This document shows, piece after piece, positions 48,240 through 61,448 of a stretch of 64,000 nt of DNA; the first letter of the stretch is position 1, and every line of letters starts with the position of its first letter. Both the position numbers and the translations under genes were made by a program. Source of the stretch: Mobula hypostoma (taxonomy: Eukaryota); assembly GCF_963921235.1 (NCBI RefSeq), contig NC_086097.1:85190001-85254000 (forward strand). The letters are read 5' to 3'. The notes beneath the pieces were generated by a model. It saw nothing but the letters and a program-made list of their open reading frames with translations. It ran no database searches and was not told where the DNA came from.

Positions 48240-49410
48240 CATAGATCAGAATCAGGTTTATTATTACTGGCGTGTGTCAGAAAGTTGTTTTTTTGTGGCA
48301 GCAGAACAGTGCAAGACAAAAGTTACTGTAAAACAATGTACAAAAGAGATATAGTGAAGTAGTGTTCATGAGTTCGTGGACCATTCAGAAATCTAATGTT
48401 GGAGGTTAGGAACCTGTACCTAAAACACTGAGTGTGCATCTTCCGGCACCTGTATCTCATCCCTGATGGCGGTAATACTGAGAAGAGGGCATGTGCCGGA
48501 TTGTGAGACCACTGCCTTTTGAAAATGTCCTCAGTGGTGGGGAGACATGCCTGTGATGGAGCTACCTGAGCCTCCAACCCTGTATGGCCTCTTTTGATCA
48601 AGCTTCAAGATCATTTAATGCCATTTCCAGTACACAAGTGTAAAGGAGAACGAAATAATTTCTACTCCAGATCCAATGCAGCACAAAAAAACAAAATAAA
48701 TATGAATACATAAGATAGCTTACGTACAGGAGTTAATTGCACTGTATGTCCATAAAATGGTGCCAGGCACAGGTATATAAGGTGGCTGATAAGTAATGGT
48801 GGTGGGGTTGTGGAAGGGTGGGTTAGTGGCTGGAGGTCTTGATCAGCCTTACTGCTTGGAGAAAGTAGCTGCTTTTGAGTCTGGTGGTCCTGGTGTGGAT
48901 GCTCCGTGCTGGATGATGATAAGATCCAGGCGGTAATGTAACCAGTCAAAATACTCTTCACAGTGCATCTATAGAAATTTACTAGTGTGTTCGACACAAA
49001 CCAAATCTCCACAGAATACTAATGAAGTATAGTCTTTGGCATGCCTTCTCCATGGTTTCATTAATATGTTAGGCTTAGGATAGATCCTGTGAGATATTGA
49101 TGCCCAGGAACTTGAAACTACTCATTCTTTGCACGGCAGCCCCCTCAATGAGGACTGGTGTGTGTTTTCACAACTTTCCCTTCCTGAAATCTACAATCAA
49201 TTCCATGGTCTTGCTGATGTTGAGTGCTAGGTTGTTGTTGCAACGCCACTCAACTGCCCAATTTCTCTGCCTCCTGTTCCCCTCCTCATTCACATCTGAA
49301 ATCCCACCAGCGATAGTTGTGACATCAGCAAATATATTGATGGCACTCTAGTTACACGGTCATGAGTGTAGAGAGTAGAACAGTGGGCCAAGAACACATC
49401 CTTCAGATGC
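48240..49410 (-). mobile_element. Cluster of Rex1/L2-like LINE fragments
   Basis: NFYRCTVKSILTGYITAW and HALFSVLPPSGMRYR peptides; two 3' tails (~48245 and ~48605). Confidence 0.7.
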
Positions 49411-50220
49411 AGCTCTGTTGATTGGCAAGGAGAAGATGCTATGACAGGTTGATTGTTACAGATTGAATAGGACGCACTTGAAATAAGGTTTGGAAATAAG
49501 AAATAACATAGTTTTTTACTGAGCAAAGTCCTTCATTCAGTTTTTAGATCATAAGCCTCAGCTTGCAGTCATCATTATCATTATGTGCTGTGTCATTGGC
49601 ATAGGTGAGCATGGTCTTTCCATGACCATGATTGTTTTTCGCGTATTTCACTACAGAAGTGGTTTGCCATTACCTTCTTCTGGGCAGTGCCTTTACAAGA
49701 CGGGTGACCCCAGCCATTATCAGTACTCCAATTATCTGCCTAGCATCAGTGGTTGCATAAACAGGACTTGTGATATAGACCAGCTGCTCATATGACCATC
49801 CACCACCTGCTCCCATGGCTTCACGTGACCCTTGCCCAAGGGATGCTACACCTTGCCCAAGGGGTGAGCTGCAGAGGGAAGGAGTGCCTATACCTTCTTT
49901 GGTAGAGACGAATTTCCACCCTGCCTCCCTCAGCTTGCAATATTAGGCCCAAATCTGTAGCAAGTTACAAATTTCAGGATGGACGGCAGGCAGTAATCAT
50001 ACCATTGAGGACAGGATTTCAAACAGAATACCATTGCAGGTTCTCTGTCACCGCTAATACGTGAGAACTCTGTTGCTGGGTGAAAAAGTGTGATCTAAAT
50101 GTTTAATTCATTCAAAGAAGGTTTTCCACTAACTGTGTCTGAAAATCCAGACGAGACCAAGAAACACTCACAGATGCTGCTCACTTCTCTGTGCTCCTCC
50201 TGCAGATTGTTTGTTGCTTC

Positions 50221-51937
50221 TGGAAGGAAAAATGAAAGAACAGATTATTATTCAAATGTTAAAAATTGCAGCATGCTGCTGTGCAGAGGGACTTGGGAAT
50301 GCTTGTGCATGAATCACAAAAGGTTGGTTTGCAGGTGCCGCAGGCTATCAAGAAGGCAAGTGGGATGTGGCCTTCATTGCTAGAGGGATTGAATTTTATA
50401 GCAGCGAGGTTATGCTGTAACTCTACAGGGTACTGGTGAGGTCGCACCTGGAGTACTGCATGCAGTTCTGGTCTCCTTACTTGAGGAAGGATATACTGGC
50501 TTTGGAGGTGGTGCAGAGGAAGTTCACCAGGCTGATTCCAGAGATGAGGGGATTAGATTATGAGGAGAGATTGAGTCGCCTAGAACTGCGCTCACTAGAA
50601 TTCAGAAGGATGAGAGGAGATTTTACAGAAACATATAAAATTACGAAAGGGGTAGATAAGACTATTGTTGGTAGAATCTCAGGTGGTGACGAGAGGGCGT
50701 ACAGGAGTGAGATATGCCAACTAGTGGAGTGGTGCTGCAGCAACACCCTGGCACTCAACGTCAGTAAGACAAAAGGGCTGATTGTGGACTTCCAGAAAGG
50801 TAAGATGAAGGAACACATACCAATCCTCACAGAGGGATCAGAAGTGGAGAGAGTGAGCAATTTCAAGTTCCTGGGTGTCAAGATCTCTGAGGATCTAACC
50901 TGGTCCCAACATATTGATGCAGTTATGAAGAAGGCAAGACAGTGGCTGTAGTTCATTAGGAGTTTGAAGAGATTTGGTATGTCAACAAATAACTCAAAAA
51001 CTTCTATCAATGTACTGTGGAGAGCATTCTGACAGGCTGCATCACTGTCTGGTATGGCGGGGGGTGCTACTGCACAGGACTGAAAGGAGCTGCAGAGGGT
51101 TGTAAATTTAGTCGGCTCCATCTTGGGTACTAGCCTACAAAGTACCCAGGACATCTTCAAGGAGCAGTGACTCAGAAAAGCAGCGTACATTATTAAGGAT
51201 CTCCAGCACCCAGGGCATGCCCTTTTCTCACTGTTACCATCAGGTAGGAGATACAGAAGCCTGAAGGCACACACTCAGTGATTCAGGAACAGCTTCTTCC
51301 CCTCTGCCATCCGATACATAAATGGCCATTGAACCCTTGGACACTACCTCACTTTTTAAAAAATATGCTGTATAGTATTTCTGTTTTTTACATGATTTTT
51401 AATCTATTCAATATACATATACTGTATAAAGTATACTGAATAAGATTTGCTTATTTATTTATTATTATTATTATTTCTTCTCCTATTTTATGTTTTACAT
51501 TGAACTGCTGCTGCTAAGGTAACAAATTTCACGTGACATTCCGGTGATAATAAACCTGATTCTGATTCTGATACTGAGATAGAGGCAGGAAAGTTGTTTC
51601 CACTGGTAGGTGAGACTAGAACTAGGGGGACATAGCCTCAAGGTTCAGGGGAGTAGGTTTAGGACAGAGATGAGGAGGAGCTGCTTTTCCCAGAGAGTGG
51701 TGAATCTGTGGAATTCTCTGCCTAATGAAGCAGTGGATGCTACCTCAGTAAATATATTCAAGACAAGGTTGGATAGATTTTTGCATACTGGAAGAATCAA
51801 GGGATACGGGGAAAAGGCAGGTAGGTGGAGATGAGTCCATGGCCAGATCAGCCATGATCTTATTGAATGGCGGAGCGGGCTCAACGGGCCAGATGGCCTA
51901 CTCCTGCTCCTATTTCTCATCCTCCTGTTATGTTCTT
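50221..51937 (+). mobile_element. CR1 3' fragment split by a Rex1/L2-like insert (~50662-51572)
   Basis: HLEYCMQFWSPY...RRMRGD switches to TIVGRISGGDERAYR; (tgattc)n tail at ~51557; CR1 resumes at gatagaggcagg. Confidence 0.85.
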
Positions 51938-52977
51938 CAGATTCCAGCACCTGCAATCTCTCCTGTGTCTTCAGGAAAGGCCCAATGGGTTACAGATATT
52001 GGCAGAGTCGTCAAAACTTGATCACTGTGCAGAGGAAGAAACTGAAACCCTTCCACAGTCATTGCAATGTTTCTTGCATCCTACTATTGTTGCCAAAATT
52101 TAGGCGGGAACGGGGTAATATATATCATGCACCATGGAAAATGCTGTCTGTGTCCATATGTATGTTTATATTATCATCTTATTGGACAGCAAAGTCAAGT
52201 GATCTATCCAATGTACAGCAGGGTAACATCAGCATAGACATTAACCCTGCTACGGCTTAAAGTATTAAAGACTAAATATGTAAATAGTTTTAAAGTTGTG
52301 TCAATAAAGCTTTGTCTCGATGTAAATATATACAAAATACAACATTAGTTTTTGATGTGTAAATGACTAAAAACATTACGAATAACACCTTTCCTGAAGT
52401 AAGTTGTGGTCAATTATCAATGAAGAAGCAAGCGGAGGTGAAGCTGATTGGAAGGATGGGCTGTGCGGGTGCATTGCAAAGCCGAGGGGCAACATGTTCA
52501 AGATGGGGTTGCAGGTGGAGAGTGAATCGTTGGAGTGAACGATTTGTAGAGGAGTCGATGCAGAAGAGTTTCGATGCCTGTCCGTGTACTCTGGGTCCGA
52601 GGTGGATCACTCCAAGCGGCGAACCGATTTCGTGAGACTGAGAACAGCTTCGGCTGTGTCGCTGCGCCGGGACCCAGGTCCTAGAGTGAGGCACGACCTA
52701 GTGCTTGGGCAATTTAAACGTGGTCCAGATAAACTGAAAAGCCCGAGTGTCGGCACCAGAGGCAAAGGTCTGGCTGATTTTGTTCACTTGCCCGTGATGT
52801 TCATACCCCTCTCTGGAGGCTGTCGGCCCCGTGAGTTTCACGGCATTTTTTGACCTGCTAAGATGAACTGAGATGGCCAACGTGAGTAGGCTTGGGCCTA
52901 CTCTGGCTGCTCAGGGGAGCGGATCTAGGGAGTCAGTCTGGTTCAGAATGCTGTCGTTTGCTTCTATTGTTTGCATG

Positions 52978-52978
<1 letters not shown>

Positions 52979-53018
<40 letters not shown>

Positions 53019-53047
53019 TGCGTGTCTGTGTGTGTGTCTGTGTCTGT
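52979..53047. repeat. (TG)n microsatellite with a degenerate extension
   Basis: About 19 TG units followed by tgtc variants. Confidence 0.95.
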
Positions 53048-53266
53048 GTTTTCCCTTGTTTATGGTGTCTTTTTAATTGAGTTCTTCGGGTTTCTTGCCT
53101 TGTGGCTGCCTGTAAGCAAACAAATCTCAAGGTATATAATTTATACTTTTTTTGATAATAAACATACTAGAATTTTGAATACATGAAGACATAACTTTTT
53201 TTATTTTTGTAGCATGTTTGTTCACTCACACAGTTTGCTTAGACATAAGATTTTTGGCTACCAATA

Positions 53267-54723
53267 GCAATACACACAAAGTGCTGGAGGAACTTAGTAA
53301 GTTAAGCAGCATCAACAGAGGAGAATAAGCAGTCATCACTTTGGGCTGAAACTCTTCATCAGGGCAGGGAAGGAAGGGGCAAGACACCAGAGTAAGAAGG
53401 TGGGGAGATGGAAAGGAGTACAAGCTGGTAGGTGGCAAGTAGAAGACACAAAAGCCAGGATTTCCTGGTGGCCACCCATTTCAATTCGACTTCCCATTCC
53501 CTTTGTGACATGTTGGTCCATGGCCTCTCCTACTGCCTATTCTGAGGTAAAACTCAGGTTGGAGGAACAACACCTCATATCCGAGTGGCCTGATAACTTG
53601 AATATTCATTTCTCTAACTTTAAGTAATTTCTTCACCTCACCCTTCTCTCTTTTTCATTCCCCATTCTGGTTCCCCTTTCACTCATTCTCTTCAAAAGAA
53701 CATAAGAAATAGGAGCAGGAGTAGGCCTTCTAGGCCGTAGAGCCTGCTCTGCCATTCAATAAGATCATACTTGCTCTGGCCATGGACTCATCTCCACCTA
53801 CCTGCCTTTCCCACATAACCCTTAATTCCCCAACTATGCAAAAATCTTCTAACCTTGTCTTAAGTATATTTACTGAGGTAGCCTCCACTGCTTCATTGGG
53901 CAGAGAATTCCACAGATTCACCACTCTCTGGGAAAAGCAGTTCCTCCTCATCTCTGTCCTAAATCTACTCCCCTAAATCTTGAAACTGTGTCCCCTAGTT
54001 CTAGTCTCACCTACCAGTGGAAACAACTTTTCTGCTCTATCTTATCCCTTTCAAAATTTTATATGTTTCTATAAGATCTCCTCTCATCCTTCTGAATTCC
54101 AGTGAGTACAGTCCCAGGCAACTCAATCTCTCCTTATAGTCTAATCCCCTCATCTCTGGAATCAACTTAGTTAACCTCCTCTACGCCGCCTCCAAAGCCA
54201 GTATATCCTTTCTCAAGTTAGGAGACCAGAACTGCACGCAGTACTCCAGGTGCAACCTCATCAGTACCCTGTACAGTTGCAGCATAACCTCCCTGCTCTT
54301 AAATTCAATCCCTCTAGCAATGAAGGCCAACATTCCATTTGCCTTCTTGAAAGCCTGCTGCATCTGCAAACCAACCTTCACCTCACCTGCCCATCACTTC
54401 CCTCTAGTATCCTTCCTCTTTCCTCTTCATCAATGGTCCACTGTCCTCTCCTATCAGAGTCCTTCTTCAGCCCTTTACCTCTTCTACCTCTTACCTCCCA
54501 GCTTTTTACTTTACTCCACCCACCTACCTTCGCCCTCTCCTGGTCTTATTTATCACCTGCCAGCTTGTACTCCTCCCCCTACTCCCCTCCACCTTCTTTT
54601 TCTGGTTTTTGCCCAAAACATGGACCATTTATTCCCCTATATTAATGCTGTTTGACTCGCTGAGTCCCTCCAGCATTTTGTGTACACTGCTCAAGATTTA
54701 CAGCATCAGCAGATTGTCTTGTG
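53267..54723. mobile_element. Older Penelope-like insertion with an inverted 5' arm, split by a CR1
   Basis: Minus arm ~53267-53440; plus body KLRLEEQHLI...NIHFSNF; tail ending cttgtg; 16 bp TSD TTTTTGGCT(A/T)C(C/T)AATA at 53251-53266 and 54724-54739. Confidence 0.75.
53696..54378 (-). mobile_element. CR1 3' fragment
   Basis: KKANGMLAFIARGIEFKS...LEYCVQFWSP and FSQRVVNLWNSLP. Confidence 0.88.
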
Positions 54724-56630
54724 TTTTTGGCTTCTAATATTTTAGAAGAAATATAATTATAGTTCCAGCCTTTGACAGCAGTAACACTTTCATTGGATGC
54801 ACCTTAAGATCATTCAGACGTCAATATTTTGTGCTTGTGAGAAACTCAGTTGAATGAGTTGAAAAATCTTTGGCTACATTGCTATGTCAAGCTTAATACA
54901 GCTAGGGAGAAGATTGGCTTTGAACTGCTGCTAAACTTCAAGTGAGGAACATTCTGAGGACAAAGCTGAATGAAATAAAATACAATGAAGCTCTTTCCTA
55001 TCAAAAAGATTTAATTGAGACACAAAATCCACCCTTGATCCGTTAAACACATGCGCTATGGTTGCATCTTTGTTGTGGAGTAACAATTATCCGTAAGACT
55101 TCATTTCTTGTCTTTGAAGGCGGACAAAAATCACTGCACTTACTTGTAACAACAGCTTGCAATTATATAGCACTTTAAATTAAATAAAATGTCTTAAGGG
55201 AATATAAAGGGATTTTATCAAAGTTTCGCCCTGAGATACACCAGGGGTGTAGAGCAGATGGCTGAAGGCTTAGCCCTTGGTTTTACGGAGCATTGTAAAG
55301 GAGTGCAGAAAGATAGGGAGAAGGAGGGACCTAGGGTAGGAATGCCAGAGGCTAACCTCTGAGAGATTGAAACCACAGCCACTTGGAGATTCTGAAGGGC
55401 GGAAGAGCTGGAGGAGGAAACAGAGAACTGGAGGGGGTAAAGCCAATGGTGTATGATGTATGAGAGCCTCATAAAAAGGACAATTTCATGCCAATTTCTT
55501 TATCTAGCTTTCTTCAGCAACTTCCATAGGACCAAGAAGCAGCGAGATGGAAACCACAGTTCTTACTGTGCCTTAACACGTCTCCTGGAGCAATGGAACA
55601 TCTTCTTTTAGTTTTTCCATTGATAACCCAATTATCTCTTCCATTTAATAAGCCCAAATCATGGAATCCTGGAGTATAAATTATCTGGTAGCAAGACATA
55701 GGCTTGCCATAGTGGATAGACTCAAAGGATAGGTGATGAGATTGAAGGGAGAATTACTTGGAATTTCTCCTGTATGCTTTACAGTGGCTGGTACAAATCT
55801 TATTGCACAAGTAATATCCTACGTAGATGACAAATCAACTAATAGCAGGGAAGGTAATTCATTTTCAGGATTCAGGTGCTACTTTAAACCCCAGATACTC
55901 AGTGACGGACACATCTTTTAATCTATTATTATTAGTACAGAACTATATTGAAGTATCAGACTTCAATGTCCACTTCGAATGCTCATTTTTTTCATATTTA
56001 GACTTCTTTGGTGTAACAAAGTTCTGTTAGAAGTTGTCAACTTTCAAATCTTTGTGTGAGAGAAAGAAGGAAATCAGTCATGCATGGCTTGATCAGGATC
56101 AAGTATAATAATTATACAGTTCACATTGCAACAACTGGTTGTTGCTGTTCATTAAAAAAAACATGTCCTGCTCTGATAACTGAGAAGAGGGTATGGATAC
56201 CTATGGTTTTGTTGGGGAAACATGATGAAAAGTTGCAGAGAATATTACAAACAGTAACTAAATGGCCTTTCAATTTAGGTATAGTTTTGATTTGGTTTTA
56301 GTTCAGTTTGTTTTCACCAATATGTACTTCGTGGATGTAAGTCACTGAAGACTGCAGCCCAAATATTGCAGTGAATTCTGTTGTCTTTATTTTACATTTA
56401 TAACCAACATGACTGCTTGTAGGTAGCTTGGATCAACAGGGAAATTGAATTAAGCCATCAGAGCAGAGCAGCATCTTTGCAAATTTGCTGTTGATGTATA
56501 TGTGGATGCCTTTTGAAAGGTCTAAAGGCAATGGGATGGGCAGGTATTGTGGGATGGGGTGGAGAGTACACAAGAACAGGAAACACCACTCTGCAGTTTT
56601 AGTTGATGAAGTAAACTCTTTGTTTTGCAG

Positions 56631-56755
56631 AGGATGCTAACCGTAAACTGACAATTGAGGAGGAGGAAGCAAAACGCATTGCAGAAATGGGGAAACCCAT
56701 TTTGGGTGAACATCCAAAATTGGAGGTCATCATTGAAGAATCTTATGAATTTAAG
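56631..56755 (+). CDS. SLC8A3: Internal coding exon of a sodium/calcium exchanger (NCX3-like, CBD2 region)
   Basis: Acceptor ctctttgttttgcag| and donor AAG|gtaag. The 125 bp exon (phase 1 to 0) encodes (E)DANRKLTIEEEEAKRIAEMGKPILGEHPKLEVIIEESYEFK, matching recalled NCX3 DVTDRKLTMEEEEAKRIAEMGKPVLGEHPKLEVIIEESYEFK. The AKR/GKP/EHPK residues favour NCX3 over NCX1/2. Confidence 0.9.
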
Positions 56756-56977
56756 GTAAGAAATTAATTTGTTTCATCTTTAAACTATTACGGAGTACTT
56801 TAAACTATTATAGATCCATTCATAAAGTTAAATAATGGAAAGAAGCAAATGTTAATACTAGCAAATATACAGAATAGTGAATTGGGGACAATAAGATAGT
56901 AATTTTGTTCTCCCTCACCTCCTGCCTCCCCCAGGTCTAGGTAGAGGAAGTAAGTAAAAATGTTCTTACTCCTAACA

Positions 56978-57705
56978 AGTCAAGTCAAGTTACTTCTTAT
57001 TGTCATTTCGACCATAACTGCTGGTACAGTACACAGTAGAAATGAGACAATGTTTTTCAGGACAATGGTGCTACATGAAACAATACAAAAACTACACTGA
57101 ACCGTGTAAAACAACACAAAAACTACACTAGACTACAGATCTACCCAGGACTGCATAAAGTACACAGAACAATGCAGGCATTACAATAAATGATAAACAA
57201 GACAATAGGCACAGTGGAGGGCAGTAGGTTGGTAGTCCGATGGCTTGAGGGTAAAACTATTACATAAATAAACAGCTGTACTCCCGCCGAGTATTTCGCT
57301 GGAGTTGGATGTAGTCCAACTTAATGTCCATTGGAGAGCAGAATGGACAGGAGAGCCAGCGGCTAGGACTTGCTTTTTTCCTGGCACAGACTCCTGCCTG
57401 CTCTCCTCGCTTCCACTTCCTCGCACACCGCTTACGACGTCCCTACCTCCGGCCACTGGCATCAGGCGACTCCAAGGACTGCAGGCCTGATTCTCTCAGC
57501 AAGCCAAGATCGCTCAATTTAACCAGCAGATCTTCATGAAGGTTTGTTTTTAGGTGATCTCTGTATTGTAGCAGCATTTGGCGATGGTAGATAGTCACTC
57601 TGTTATCCATTGCCCTAAACCATAACTGTGCCTTAAAATTAAATTAAAAAACAAATTAAAGTAGCACCAGATCCGAAAGGCCGCTGCTGCTGTGCTGCGA
57701 CGCCT
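56978..57705 (-). mobile_element. Probable internally deleted non-autonomous LINE (3' tail plus 5'-like region)
   Basis: (CAAGT)n tail and terminus shared with 10861; GC-rich distal part with no RT. Confidence 0.45.
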
Positions 57706-59209
57706 GCTGGATAACCATTGTTCTGCTGCCTCTGGGTTAAAGAAAGAGGGAAATCTGCTGGGGTCCTTGTTCCCATCAATGCTTAGTGACCCCTGTGTGA
57801 GAGACAAGAGAATTAAGTCAGGGTTCCTGTTCCCAATCACTATCCATTGACTCGGGTTAGAGAGAGAAGGGAATCTGCAAGGCTTCCTATTCACCATTTC
57901 CTTTGGTTTGTCCTATTTTCTACGCTACCTTGCCAACACATACATGCATGACTTATCAGTACTGAATAATGCAAATTAGTAAGTATATTTCCTGGGGAAC
58001 CCCTACCCTTACATGGAATAATTTCTTTTTGACCACAATATTGTCCTTGGTAATCTACTCTTTGAGGTACCCTTCCAATTCTGTCCTGGGGAATCCTAAG
58101 CCATCTGCCCTCCAAGATTCTCATTATAAATTCTTCTAGAAATCATCCACCCTTTCAAAAACCTGCAACTTACACAAATCCCTCACGTCTTCTTCATGTC
58201 CGCTTAGATGCTGGACAATTGAATTTGTTGAAATGAAACATTTTCTGTTCTGAATGGCCGAAGATGTACGCGCTTGTGGCAGTAGTTGATTTACTCGGAA
58301 ATCTCCATATCTCACTGTGGTCCACTAACTTTAGCTTATTAAAACTGCTTGTTACCAAGATCCAGGTCCCATCTTTGCTTCCTCAACTCTGATGGGTACA
58401 AAACTGAACATATCCAGAAAGCACCTGGAACAGAAATGGCACAACCATCCACTCCTATGTTTGGATACACCATTTTTATGCAAGCTTTGTCTTTCTCTGC
58501 CCCACAACCCACTGCCAACATGAGGCTGTCAGTTTTACATATGATGCATTGCAGAAAAACATGGACAGTCAAGTGACAGAAAAAGTATAGTACAAAGTAT
58601 GAAATAACGGATTATGGCAGATAGAACATAAGGTGTGAAAGTGTTAGTTCTAAAGAGAGTCATGCAGAAATTAGCAGACTATAATTAAGGACACCTTGGA
58701 AATTCTCTGCAGATCAGAGACAGACAGCACAAAGCAGTAAAAATTAATACATTTATGAATATTACAAATTAAGTTTTTGAGGAGGTGACTGAAGAATTCG
58801 AAGAGGAATGATTCCTGAGGACAATTGATAAAGTTCCTCAGAGGAGATCACTAACTGAAGCTGAAGCCCATGCATTTGAAGAGAGACTATTGAGAAAGAA
58901 ATTAGCTCCACAGCTGGAGATGGAAGGTGAGGATATTGGGTACATACCCATATGGGCCACATGTGGAGAGAGGTGCCCTGCAAGGATGTTTTTGGACTTC
59001 AACCAATCATCATATTTATAACCAATTTGTTTGATGGGATGAAAAGTCACATTCAAGTGTTCTGTTGACACAAGGGACATAAAGTAAGGCGACATCATGA
59101 GCAGTGAAGATGGATGTAGGGCTGTGGAATTCTGGAAAGTTTGAGCAGTCCATCCCCATTAGTGAGTACAGACTACTTAAATCTGATTGTGTTGAAACAA
59201 AGTTAGTTA

Positions 59210-59533
59210 TGATCCAGTTTTCCCTTCTTCCCTCTCGCAAAAGATACAAGAGCTTGAGAGTATGTAGCACCAGACTCAAGGGCATCTTCCATCCCACTGT
59301 TATCAGGCTCCTGAACAGACAGCACATACGCTAAAGGTGAATTCTTGTTCTCCTAATCTACCCTGTAATGCTCCTTGCACTTTGTTTACAATGCACTGCA
59401 CTTTTGCTGTAGGTGCAACACAATATTCTGCATTGTGCTTTCTTTTTTTTACCTTGATGTGCTCAGGTATGGCATGATCTGCCTGGGTGCCATGCAAATG
59501 TTATATCTTGGTACACACAACAGTAATAAACAA
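59210..59533 (+). mobile_element. Rex1/L2-like 3' end
   Basis: FSLLPSRKRYKSL...RLKGIFHPTVIRLLN followed by an aataaa tail. Confidence 0.7.
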
Positions 59534-60105
59534 TAAGACAATAATATATAGAAGCAGAATTAGGCCATTTGGTCCATCGAGTCTGCTCTGTCATTTCATC
59601 GTGGCTGATCCATTTTCCTCTTAGCCAAAATCCTCTGCCTTCTCTCCTTAACCCTCATGCCCTGACTAATCAAGAATCTATCAGCCTCTGCCTTAAATAT
59701 ACCCAATAACTTGGATTCCACCGCCACCTGTGGCAATGAATTCCACAGATTCACCACTCTGTAGCTAAAGAAATTCCTCATCTGTTCTAAATGGACATCC
59801 CTCTATTCTGAGGCTATGTCCTCTGGTCCTAGACTCACCCACCATAAGAAACATCCTCTCCACATCCACTCTATTTAGGCCTTTCAACATTTCCATAGGT
59901 TTTAATGAGATCCCCTTCATTCTTCTGAATTCCAGTGAGTACAGGCCCAGAGCCAGCAAATGTTCCACATATAATAAGCCTTTCAACCCCAGAATCATTT
60001 TTGTGAACCTTCTTTGAACCCTCTCCATTGTCAGCGCATCCTTTCTTAAAAACAGAGCCCGAAACTGCTCACAATACTCCAAGCGAGGCTTCGCCAGTGC
60101 ACTTG
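59534..60105 (-). mobile_element. CR1 3' fragment
   Basis: EYCEQF...ERVQRRFTKMI and RNFFSYRVVNLWNSLP. Confidence 0.85.
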
Positions 60106-61448
60106 TGCTGAAATCTTTACAAAATAATTTTTCTTAAGTGGACCATTTTGTATTACCAATACCATTTGCAGCTCCCAGTGGCCTCAGGCAGAACATCCTT
60201 ATCCCAGCTGGGGTGTGTTGATGAAGCCTCTAAAGCCTTTATCATCCGCAAATGCCGGAATATAATGACATGAATGAATCCTCTCATTTATTTGCTTTTT
60301 GAGCTTTTCTTCCTCCATCTCTAAGCTCACTTCTTCTGAGCCACAGAGAACAGAAAGATCCCAGGTTTGTTGGGAATATTGCAGGGGACAAAAATGAGCT
60401 CTCCCAGTGGAGAGACTCAGACCTGAATTACGAGCTCTCTTTTTTTCCACAGATGCTGCCTGACAAGCTGAATTTTTCCAGCATTTTCTGTTTTCATTCC
60501 AGATTTCCAAAAGACCCTAAGAATAGGAACAGAAATACCTGTAGGCCATTGCTTCACTTTGAATATATGCAATAACTTGGCCTCCAAGGCCATCTGTGGC
60601 AAAGAGCTCTTCGGATCCACCACCCTTTTGCTAAAGAAGTGCCTTATAATCTTTGTTCGAAAGGGACGCCCTTCTAATCTGAGGCTGTGCCCTCTGGTTC
60701 TAGGTCCATGCACAATAGGAAACATCCTCTCCATGTGCCCTCTATCTAGGCCTTTCAATATTCAATAGTTTTCAACGAGATTCCCTTTGATTCTTCTAAA
60801 TTCTAGTGAGTACGGAGCCTGATCCATCAACGCTCCTCATACAGGAACATTTTCAATCCCAGGATTATTCTTGTAAACCTTCTCTGGATCCTCTCCAATG
60901 CCAACATATCCTTTCTTAGATAAGGGTCTCAAAACTGCTCACCATACTCGAAACAAGGTCTGGCCAATGCCTTATAAAACTTCAGCATTATATCCTTGCT
61001 TTTGTATTTTAGTTCTCTCCAAATGAATGCTAACATTGCACTTACCTTCTTTACTACAGACTCAACTCGTAAGTTCACCTTTAGGGAATCCTGCGCCAGA
61101 ACTTCCAAACCCCTATGTGCTTCTGTTTTCTGAACCTGCTCCCCATTTAGAAAATAGTCAGTGCTTTTATTCCTTCTACCAAAGTGCATGACCACACACT
61201 GCTAAACACTCTATTCAATCTGCCACTTCTTTGCTCATTCTCTTAATCTGTCCAAGTCTTCTGCAGACTCTCCACTTCCTCCACTCTACCTGCCACTCCA
61301 CCTGTTTTAGTGTTATCCACAGACTTGACCACAAGGTCATCAATATTGTCATCCAGATTACTAACATATCATGTGCAAAGTAATGGGCCTACACCGACCC
61401 CTGCCAATCACCGCTCGCCACCAGGAGACAACTAGAAAAAGCCACTTT

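Noticed and set aside
50436..50951. 171 aa ORF suggesting a novel fusion protein
   Set aside because: Chance in-frame junction of a CR1 fragment and a nested Rex1/L2-like insert.
53330..53365. Additional hammerhead on the minus strand
   Set aside because: CTGATGA is present but the GAAAC and cleavage triplet have decayed; relic only.
56081..56086. TGCATG Rbfox site upstream of the exon
   Set aside because: A single hexamer ~550 nt away is expected by chance and unsupported without conservation data.
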